64,000 bases of DNA from Balneolaceae bacterium (GTDB taxonomy: Bacteria > Bacteroidota > Rhodothermia > Balneolales > Balneolaceae): contig JASFMR010000004.1 of assembly GCA_050117475.1 (NCBI GenBank), positions 274 through 64,273 of the forward strand, given 5' to 3'. Shown here piece by piece: positions 19,754 through 29,800 of this stretch. The number at the start of each line of letters is the position of its first letter. The stretch's first letter is position 1. The notes beneath the pieces were generated by a model. That model made no database searches. It saw only the letters and a program-made list of their open reading frames with translations, and was not told the DNA's origin. Made by a program: the position numbers and the translations under genes.

Positions 19754-22444
19754 CTACCCTCTCAATAGTATTTTCCGAAATTGACCCAATATAAAAGGTA
19801 TCAGACTTATACTTCCCACTGTCAACCAACCCTGGAAATCCGGGCGGGAGATCTGAAGCACACTTGCTATGCCCGGCACATAAACAGCTATCATCAGCAA
19901 CCCTATACACAATAAAATAGCAACCCAGATATAAGGGTTCCGGTTGATATTGTTATCAATAAAATGGGATTTGTCACTCCGCATATTAAATACATGCCAG
20001 ATCTGTGCAAAAGCCAACGTCAGGAACGAGATTGTAACGGCATCTCCGGGTGGTAAACGCAGGTAATCCAATGCTACAAATAACGCTCCCAAAACAGAAA
20101 GAGTAATTATAAACCCATAAATGGCTACCCCCATCCATTGCGGGTTACCCAAAAGAGGCTGATCCGGTTCTCTGGGAGGCTGCAGCATGATTCCTTTTTC
20201 TCCTTCCCCTACTCCCAGTGCCAACGCCGGAAAAACATCCGTCACCAAATTAAGGAAAAGGATTTGAAGGGGAAGGATGGGTAAAGGAGTCCCCAGTATG
20301 GAGGCTAATCCAACAACCATCACTTCGCTGACGTTACAAGACATCAGGTAATAGATAAATCGTCGAATATTGCCAAAGATAATACGTCCCTGCTCTATAG
20401 CCTTGACAATGGTAGAAAAAGCATCATCAGTTAGAACCATATCCGCTGCTTCCCGGGCTACCTGTGTGCCTCGCTGCCCCATGGCTATTCCGATATCAGC
20501 CTTCTTTAGTGCCGGGGCATCGTTAACCCCATCACCGGTCATGGCGACTATTTGCCCGTTTTTTTGGTAAAATTCAATCAGGTCAAGTTTCTGGCGGGGA
20601 TTAATACGTGCAAAAATAGAGGCTCTCAACACATGCTGAGATTTATTTAGAGAAGCCTCAAGATCGGGATTGCCGGGTAAATCCGCACCATGAATAACAC
20701 CTGCCTCCCTATCGTCATAAATTCCTAATTCCCGTGCTATATACTTGGCAGTAGCTACTTGATCACCGGTAATCATGACCACTCGTATACCGGCTTTTCG
20801 ACAATCTTCGATAGCGGGTCTAACATCCTTTCTTGGCGGATCTGACATAGCGGCCAACCCTACAAATGAAAGATCCGTATATGGATTTCCCTTCGTGTCA
20901 CTAACTGATTTAACGGCAAGAGCGATCATACGAAGTCCTTGGGAAGCAAGCTTCTCGTTGAGTTGTTCCCAATCCGTCCGCTGTTGATCATCCAGTGCTC
21001 GGCTTCGGCCACTGACTATAACAGAATCACATTTTTTTAAAACTGAACCGGGAGCTCCCTTCACGTTGACCCGGAAGCTCCCTTCCCCCACTTGGTTCCA
21101 GGTTGCCATCATTTTGACATCTGCATCAAATGCCTCTTCCCGTGCCTCCGGATATTGCTGTATAAGTTCACTAAACTCAATGCCGCCTTTTCGTGCTGCA
21201 TTCAGCAGAGCGACCTCCAGGGGATCGCCTGTCCCGCCGTCCCCTTGATCAAAAAGAGCTGCATTGTTGCACAGGGTTCCAACTTCCAGGGCCAGACGTA
21301 GATCTTCATCGTCTGCTGTGCGAACTTGTCTGCCATTCATGGAAAAGGCGTGTTCCCCGTCCCCGACTTTAATTTCCTTTTGGGGAAGATAAAAATGTGT
21401 AATCGTCATCCTATTTTCGGTGAGAGTACCCGTTTTATCCGTACAAATAATACCAGTTGCACCCAGCGTCTCAACGGAAGATAAGCGGTTAATGAGCGCA
21501 TTTTTCCCCGCCATTATTTGAAGCCCTTTTGCCAGGGCTATTGTAGCAACGATAGGCAATCCCTCAGGTATTGCAGCCACCGCCAAAGCAATACCCGTTT
21601 CGACCATAAGGTAGAGGTTTTTTCCAGCTACTATTCCTGAAACAGCAACAAATATTGCAATTAATAATGTTATGGCTATCAATCGATAACCAAGTTTAGT
21701 TAAACGTTTTTCTAGAGGTGTCTGTTCTTCCCGGGCTTCTTCCACAAGTGAAGAAATCTGGCCCAGTTCCGTCCGTAAACCCGTACTTACAACTACGCCC
21801 TCCCCGGCTCCTCTCGTTACGGAAGTGCCTTTATACAGCATATCAGATCGTTCGGCCAGGATGGTATCCTCGGCCAGGGCCTCAATATGTTTTTCCACCG
21901 GCAGGCTTTCGCCCGTCAAAGGGGATTCGTCTGCCTGCATTTTTGAGCTTTCGATAATCCTAAGGTCGGCCGTGATTATGTCTCCTCCCTCAACAATGAC
22001 AACGTCACCGGGAACCAGTTCTTCGGCATCAACCTCCTTAACCGTGCCTTCTCTCCTTACCCGCGTTTTAACTTTACCAAGTTTAAAGAGGGCTTCCATC
22101 GAACGTACCGCCCGCAACTCTGTAAAGAAACCGATGAAACTATTGATTAAGATTACAACGGCAATAGCCCATCCATCAATATGTTCCCCGAGCCAAAAAG
22201 CAAAGAATGCCGCTATTATCAGTAGAAGGATTATAATGCTCTTAAACTGATCAATGAATATCGAGAGGAAGCTTCTCTTTTTGTGCTCTTTCAGCTGGTT
22301 CCGACCATATTCCTGAAGACGCTGATGCACTTCTCTATTTGTCAACCCTTGATCGGCATCCGACTTTATAAGATCCACCACCTCTTCCGCTTCAAGAGCC
22401 CACGGATGGGGTAAATCGGTCGCACTATTACTTTCTTTATTCAT
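19754..22444 (-). CDS. Cation-translocating P-type ATPase (P2A, Ca2+/CtpF-like)
   Basis: TGES, AVAAIPEGLP, DKTGT, MITGD, TGDGVNDAP, SCNVSE, QILFLNLVTDVFPALALG. Confidence 0.92.
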   Translation of the reverse strand: MNKESNSATDLPHPWALEAEEVVDLIKSDADQGLTNREVHQRLQEYGRNQLKEHKKRSFLSIFIDQFKSIIILLLIIAAFFAFWLGEHIDGWAIAVVILINSFIGFFTELRAVRSMEALFKLGKVKTRVRREGTVKEVDAEELVPGDVVIVEGGDIITADLRIIESSKMQADESPLTGESLPVEKHIEALAEDTILAERSDMLYKGTSVTRGAGEGVVVSTGLRTELGQISSLVEEAREEQTPLEKRLTKLGYRLIAITLLIAIFVAVSGIVAGKNLYLMVETGIALAVAAIPEGLPIVATIALAKGLQIMAGKNALINRLSSVETLGATGIICTDKTGTLTENRMTITHFYLPQKEIKVGDGEHAFSMNGRQVRTADDEDLRLALEVGTLCNNAALFDQGDGGTGDPLEVALLNAARKGGIEFSELIQQYPEAREEAFDADVKMMATWNQVGEGSFRVNVKGAPGSVLKKCDSVIVSGRSRALDDQQRTDWEQLNEKLASQGLRMIALAVKSVSDTKGNPYTDLSFVGLAAMSDPPRKDVRPAIEDCRKAGIRVVMITGDQVATAKYIARELGIYDDREAGVIHGADLPGNPDLEASLNKSQHVLRASIFARINPRQKLDLIEFYQKNGQIVAMTGDGVNDAPALKKADIGIAMGQRGTQVAREAADMVLTDDAFSTIVKAIEQGRIIFGNIRRFIYYLMSCNVSEVMVVGLASILGTPLPILPLQILFLNLVTDVFPALALGVGEGEKGIMLQPPREPDQPLLGNPQWMGVAIYGFIITLSVLGALFVALDYLRLPPGDAVTISFLTLAFAQIWHVFNMRSDKSHFIDNNINRNPYIWVAILLCIGLLMIAVYVPGIASVLQISRPDFQGWLTVGSISLIPFILGQFRKILLRG

Positions 22445-22522
22445 ATACCCCTTTATGAATGTTGAAAAGCTCTCTTGATATATTTTTATCTGATATTCTT
22501 AGTAACAGCCCGCATAAGCTTT

Positions 22523-23662
22523 TTATAAATCAAAAATATCCCCCATTACCGTGCCTTTATTTACCGACTGGGTACCAACAGCGGTTTTTTGGGTGCGTTG
22601 CATTATTTCATTAGCCAGTTCTTCGGGCGGGTAATACTCTCTTGTCAACCCATCCCTTATAACAGAAAGGGGAAGCTCTGGAGCTATTGCTGTTCGGGGA
22701 TGCTGTACAATAACTTGTCCGCCGCCTCGCTTAATCTCTTCTGCCCCGGCTAATCCATCTTGACCGCAACCGCTCATTAGGATGCCGAGTGTATGTTTGC
22801 CGTATACATGAACCGCTGAACGGAAGAGAATATCTATGGACGGCCGCATATTGTTTTCGCGAAGGCCTCGGTGGGTATTCAAAACATTCTGGTACCCTGC
22901 TTGACTAATTTCACAGTGATAGCCTCCGGGAGCAACCCATACGTCACCAGCTTCCAGAGCAACACCATTTGTAGCTTCCCTTACCATCAGGGAAGAATTG
23001 GCATCTAGCTTTTCAGCCAATATTTTTGTGAAGGTTCTGGGAAGGTGCTGAACGATAATGATAGGTACCCCCAGATCTTGCGGCAAATCTGACAACAATG
23101 TAAAGAGGCTTTTGACCCCACCTGTACAGCCGCCAATAACAACCACATCAGCCGGCTCACAGGCTTCCGGTTCTTCTGTTAAATGCTCAAACATTTTCTG
23201 GGGATGAATGAGTGATTGTAAAAAATCTTCATCTATATTTTGGCGTTCATGTATTTTGCTGGCGACCCTTATCAGAGGTTCAAGTCTTTTTCGAAGATGA
23301 CGTTCAGCAAACAAAATTAAATTCTTGTGCATAGGCTTGGTTACAAAATCCACCGCTCCGTACCGCAATGCGGTAATAACAGCTTCGCCACCTTCGGGAC
23401 TTCGGGGACTGATGACAACTACAGGCAGGGCAGGAAACTTTTTACGAAAATTACCTAATAGAGTCAATCCCCGGGATTCCATGTTGTCAATGCTTAAGAG
23501 AACGACATCCGGTTCTTCACGGCCAATTACCTCCTCAATATCGGCTGAATCGTCGGTTACCCATGTTGTATCCAGGTAATCATATTTATTTAAAATACTA
23601 GTTACAGCTCTGCGAACGAGGATATTATTATCAATAATCAGAACTTTGATATTACGATTCAT
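22523..23662 (-). CDS. cheB: CheB-like receiver-methylesterase protein with degenerate catalytic/phospho sites
   Basis: REC + CheB domains (VQHLP, DVWVAPGGYH, RPSIDILFRS, GQDG). Phospho-Asp position reads LLSID; nucleophile motif reads IGGCTGG. Start set at MNRNIK. Confidence 0.85.
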   Translation of the reverse strand: MNRNIKVLIIDNNILVRRAVTSILNKYDYLDTTWVTDDSADIEEVIGREEPDVVLLSIDNMESRGLTLLGNFRKKFPALPVVVISPRSPEGGEAVITALRYGAVDFVTKPMHKNLILFAERHLRKRLEPLIRVASKIHERQNIDEDFLQSLIHPQKMFEHLTEEPEACEPADVVVIGGCTGGVKSLFTLLSDLPQDLGVPIIIVQHLPRTFTKILAEKLDANSSLMVREATNGVALEAGDVWVAPGGYHCEISQAGYQNVLNTHRGLRENNMRPSIDILFRSAVHVYGKHTLGILMSGCGQDGLAGAEEIKRGGGQVIVQHPRTAIAPELPLSVIRDGLTREYYPPEELANEIMQRTQKTAVGTQSVNKGTVMGDIFDL

Positions 23663-23734
23663 ATAACTCTCCAATTTAAAACTTAACGTTCTCTCTGGAT
23701 ATTGAATGTCCCCGTCAAGCACCAACTAGTATAT

Positions 23735-23748
23735 ATAAAGCATCCCTA
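23735..23748. promoter_or_regulatory. Candidate half box ATAAAGCATCCCTA(CA)
   Basis: CCCTACA half-site upstream of cheB; the other half is weak. Confidence 0.35.
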
Positions 23749-23825
23749 CAAAACTGTACGTTCATCTATTCTATCTATGTAAGAGTTACTACTACATATT
23801 TACAATTAGAACACACTTATAGGAA

Positions 23826-26800
23826 CTAATGACTACCAACTATTATTTTGATTTTATGAGATTTCCCGTCTCTTTCCATCATCATTTTTACAGTTCCTTT
23901 TTTTACAACGATTTCTTTTCCATCCAAGGTTGCAGAGAGTGTGCCTTCCGATCGTTTTTGGGGATTTAAAACCTCAACATAATATTCCGTCTTGCCATCC
24001 AGCTCCCTGACGGCCATGCTATATCTCTTCCATTCTTTATAGATGAGGGGGGAAATTTGTAGCATATTATTTTTTTGAATATTTAATCCTAAAACAGATT
24101 CGATAATTACACGATACATCCAACCCGCCGATCCAGTGTACCAGGTCCATCCACCCACCCCTGTAAGCGGGTTCTCCCCGTAAATATCAGCTGCTACTGC
24201 ATAGGGCTCAACCAGGTAATGCTCAGCGTCGGCCTTTTCCAAAGCATGGTTTACCGGCAGAAGCATTTTTATGAGCTGCACCGCTCTTTCTCTGTTTCCC
24301 TTTTCGGCAAAGGCCTTAACCAGCCAGAGTGCAGCATGTGTATATTGCCCGCCATTCTCCCGGACCCCCGGGATATACCCTTTGATATATCCCGGATTTT
24401 GCTCTGTCTTATCAAAAGCCGGGGTTAATAGCCGTATGATGCCGTCAGTTTCTGAAACCAAAAGCTCATCCGCAGAGGACAATGCTTTCTTCGCTTTATC
24501 CGGCGTAGCCACCCCTGAAATGACCGACCAGGCTTGGGCAATCCCATCAATACGACATTCCATATTTTCCGATGATCCGATTGGTGTCCCATCGTCATAA
24601 AATGCACGACGATACCATTGACCATCCCACCCCTCTTTATTAAGATGCGTCTTCAAATTTTTCCGATAAGCCTGGTATTTTTCAACCCTCGCATCATCAT
24701 TGCGTTTTTTACACACAGGTATCATTTTTCCTAAAATATCATATAAGAAAAACCCAAGCCAGACACTCTCACCTTTGCCCCCGGTTCCAATATTATTCAT
24801 CCCGTCGTTCCAGTCCCCCGATCCGATTAGCGGCAATCCATGAATACCACTTGTAAGGGACCTGTCAATTGCACGACAACAATGTTCATATAGCGTAGCG
24901 CTTTCCGATGATACTTCTGGGATTAAATATGCTTCGTGTTCATCATCTTGCAACTGTCGGGCTTTTAAAAATCTAATATTTTCATCAAGGATATCCTCGT
25001 CACCTGTGTGATTGATATAAAAAGCCGTGACATAAGGCAACCATAACAAATCATCGGAAATACGGGATCTGATTCCCCTATCTGTGGGTGGATGCCACCA
25101 ATGTAAAACATCCCCTTCTAAGAACTGATGTCCCGCATGTAGCAGGATCTGGCTTCGGCTGAGATCGGGATCCAGGTAACAGGCAGCAGCAGCATCCTGA
25201 AGCTGATCTCGGAATCCAAAAGCTCCACTGGCTTGATAAAATCCTGACCGAGCCCACATACGGCAGGCAATATTTTGATATTGCAACCATCCATTTGCCA
25301 TAAAATTCAATTCAGGGACTGGAGATTGTACTTTAATGCGTCCCAATTTATTAGTCCAAAACTTCTTGACTTTTTCGAAGGAATCTCTAATGGTCCCTGA
25401 ATCCCGGTATTTAGAAATTATCTTTCTTGCTTCCTCTTCGTTTGTTGTTTCTCCCATATAAAAAAAGAAGTCGGCAGAACCACCGGAATCCAGTTTTGCG
25501 GTAGCCTTGATAGCGGCACAAGCCTCAAAGCCAACCCCGAATCGTTGTTCAAGGTCCGTAGCATATCCCAATGCCAAGGGATTTTTCATATTCCTGTTTC
25601 TACCAATAAATTCTGCCCGATCTGCCGTATAGGATTCGGATTCCATCTCCGCATTTGTGAAGATCCCAGTAAATCCTATACGTCCCGCAAATTCATTGTT
25701 AAAATAATTACGAGCAAATATTGTTTGGTTTTCCTCATCAAAAGCAGTGGTTAGATAACGGGTACTGTCCTCCCTGAAGATTCCCAATACCCAATCCAAA
25801 TAACGGAAAACAGAAAGGGTTTTTGGCATTAAATCAGTATTTACCAGTCTTAACCTGATAATTTTGATAGGATCATCTTTGTCAACCCACTTCGTGATCT
25901 CTTGTTCTATATTCAGTGTCTTACTGCGCCAAATGCTATAGCCAAAACCATGTCTAACTTCATGAAAATGACTTCCCGGTACCGGGCCCGGTGTCGGTGA
26001 CCAGAATAACTGTTGATCTTCATCACGAATATAAATCACTTCACCGGGCGGGTCCGTCACAGCGTCATTTGACCATGGTGTCAGCTTATTTTCCCGGCTG
26101 TTCCTGCTCCAGGTGAAGTCGGAACCGCTTTCGGAAGTGATGAAACCAAACTGAGGATTACTGATTACATTTATCCAAGGAGCAGGGGTATGGCTTAATT
26201 TCATTTTATCATCAGAATTCCGCCCAATCCGGATGACATATTCTGTGCCGGTATGGTTAAATCCACCATAACCATTATAGAACATTAGGTCAGAGTCATC
26301 AGGAATATCAACTTCGTGACTTTCAAATAAATTTATCGGGTCATACATTCTTTCCTGCTGCCAGGCTTCAACTTCGCGCAACGTAATCTGGTCCAGTTTC
26401 GGAAGCTTTCCTTTAAGAACAACCCTGGCAACCGTATCAATCAACGTCCGGTCTTCAGCCGACAACTGATCTGAACGCAGTAAAAATACTCGCCCTTTAT
26501 CCTGGTATCGGTGATGTTCCGAAGAAATCTGTACCTGTTGCATAATTGCTTCCTGTAGTTCATCTACATAGGAAGGAGGATGATCATTCATAAACACTAT
26601 ATCGACCCTGAGGCCTTTATGGCGCCAAAAAGCATGAGCTTTCAACAACAGAGCTACCTCTTTGATAAACTCAGTATCTTCAATGTGATAAACCAATATT
26701 GGGACATCCCCGGAAATGCCGTGCGTCCACAAATCCGATTGAAGCTTCCTGTTCTTTTGGAGTGTTCCTACGTCAGCCCTGAACCTTTCACAATTAAACA

Positions 26801-29800
26801 GTAAATAGCCACTCAAATTCTGGAAATAATGGGCCCGTTCCCCCGATAAACCGAGATGTTCAAGTTCTACACTGCCGTAAATGGAAGCCAGCTCGAAAAC
26901 CCGGTCTGTGGCATAAGGGTTGTCATAGCGATCTGCCATGGAAATGGCCTCATCCCTTGTCTTTTCCCAACCCAATCCAAAGGTTATATTCTTCTTTTGA
27001 CCGGGTTCCAATGTAACAATGCGCCGGATACTTAAAATAGGATCTCGAACATTGCCCACCATCCCACTAAGTTGAGCTCCCGGGTCCATGGCAGCCGGGC
27101 TTTCAAGCGATCTGTTCCGACCAATAAAATTACTGCGTTCTGTCTCTATTTGCAGGGCATTCTGAATATCTTCAATATCTTCACTGGCAATAGTATGTAC
27201 CAACCATTGAGACTCTTCATCCTTTCCGCGAGGCCGCCGTTTTGCCAATACCGCATGATGTTCTTTGATATATTCAGTCTGAACAAAAAGGTTCGAAAAA
27301 GCAGTATGGGCCCGATCAGCCTCAAAATCATTAAGGGCTACCTCGGCAAAACTGGTAAGCTCAATTTTTCGAACACGATCCGAATAATTAGTCAGGGTGA
27401 TCTTCCGCAATTCAATGTCATCTTCCGGAGAAACGCATACCTCCATAAATGATTCTATCCACTCATCTACGCGGGCATACTGCACCTTGCCGGCATGGTA
27501 CCAGCTATCGTAACGGTCGGCCTGGCGTTTGACCGGCTGATGGCCAATCGACCAGTATTCTCCGCTCTCCAGATCTCTGACGTAGAAAAACTTTCCATAG
27601 GGGTCCTGAACAACATCGGAACGCCAACGGGTCAGCATGGTGTCATTGTAATATGAATAGCCCGTGCCTGTATGGGTGAGTACTGTGGAATAACGACCGT
27701 TGGATAGGATATGGGTCCTGGGCGGAGTAGCATTCAGACCATCGATACCGGCGTGGTCTACAGAAAGTTCCACTTTCTTTTCTTCAGCAGGCTCCAGCTC
27801 AACATCAATCGGCCGTGGTTCTTTTATTGGGATACCTCTCGGGATTCGTTCCTGAAGCAATAATTCACAAGCCTGAACGAGCGGATGGGAGTGAAATAAG
27901 TGTTGTATAAAATTATCCCTCAACACATTTGCTAATGCGAGCAGGCTCATGCCCTGGTGATGAGCCATATACATTTTGACGATCGCTCTCTTGTCATTGC
28001 CATTGTTATTCAGGCGCCCGGGCGTATAATCAACAGCCTCGTAAAACCCATTAGGCCCAAAGGCTCCCTCCTCCTTAAGTTTTCTCAAGTTTTTGAGCGC
28101 ATCCACAGGCTGGATCATCATAGCCAGCATACCGGCATATGGAGCAACAACATAATCCTCAGCAAGTCCACGACGAAGGCCAAGCCCGGGTGCACCAAAC
28201 GCACGGTATTGATAATGTAACTCCAAGCTTAAAATGTTATACCCGCTCTCAGAAAATCCCCAGGGCCTACGACGCAAATTACCGTAATCTTTTTGCCATT
28301 TAACAACCTGTTCATAGGTGTGACTAAGCAATGTTTTATCATACCGTGACATAAAAAGAAGCGGCATGAGGTATTCAAAGATCGTACCTCCCCATGATAA
28401 TAAGATCTCATTTTTCTCAATACTGGTTAGCCTCCTGCTCAACCGAAACCAGTGTTCCGGCGGCACATCCCCCTTTGCAATGGCTATAAAAGAAGCAAGC
28501 CGGGCTTCACTGGCCAACAGGTCATAAGTACCTTTATCCTGCATAGCATGTTCAACGTTGAACCCAATACTGAAGAGCTCTCTTTCTGAGTTGTAGACAA
28601 GCTTGAAATCCATCTCCTCAACCATAGTGCGACAAATCGATGCAAGGTTTTCAACCTTGCGAAGCTTGCTTTCCATAGGCTTAATAGCCCTTAGAAAATT
28701 AATTTCTACATCCGAAGTACCGGAAGGTTCCGTCGTTTGCCCATTCTTTGACAGATAATCCCTGATTTCCTGGAGCTGATTGTCGATCTGAATGCATGGA
28801 CGATTAAACCAGTCTTTCCATTCACCATATTTTAAATCTTCGAACTCATCCTGTAAGATACTAAGGTTTATCTCTCCCAGTTCTTTAGCTTTAGGATGCA
28901 ATTTATTCAACGCATTTTGCCAGTCCGAGATATCTTCCGGAGCTTCTTTAGGCAGAACATCTTTTACATTTTCCAGTTTCTGGGTAAGCAGTTCGTGTAA
29001 TTTTTTATACCCGCCCAAGTCATCCAGCTCTTTCACGAGTTCTTCCAGAACAAAGACCGTTTGGTCGAGGCCATCCCAAAATACAGGATTGAGCCAGCGT
29101 TTTTGGCCTATTTGTTGTAAGAATCTTTGTACAACAAGTAGAGAAGCCGCCAAATTTCCCGAATCAACGGTAGAAACATAGTTTGGACTTAATATGGCTC
29201 CTAGCCTGGTACTATACCAGTTATAAAAATGTCCCCGGTAACGATCCAGCATCAGCATGGCATTCAACGTATTTTCAAGCCGTTCAATCATATCGGTAAG
29301 TGTGATATAACCCATCTCGTATGCCGTAGGAATCGAAACCAGGGCTAAACCTATATTCGTTGGTGAAGTTCGTCCGACGGGACCTATATATGGATCTTCC
29401 TGTACATTGTCTGGAGGAAGCCACGAATGTTCCTCATTCATATACTGCTCGAAAAAGTGCCAGGTACGCCTGGCATAACCTTTTAATTCTGACAAATCTT
29501 TGGGCTTTAGTTCTTTACCATTTTTATCTGGTTCTTTTTCGAGGTAGTATGCCACATAAGGTGTCACAACCCAGCCTATACAAACCGGAATTGCAATAAA
29601 TAATACAGGGTCATCATAAACAGCCACCAAAAACAAGGACAAGCCCGCCCAAAAGATGTTTGCCCACATGCTGATCCAGTAATTCCATAATGAAGTGCTT
29701 ATTTGTTGCTCCACCTGAGTTGCAGTAGTCCATTCGAGAAGCTTCTTATGACTGAAGAACATCCGGTAAAGAGTCCGGAAAATGGCATCCAGAGAGATAT

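Noticed and set aside
19674-19910. 78-aa ORF bridging the two P-type ATPases
   Set aside because: Overlaps the upstream ATPase out of frame and has no recognisable features.
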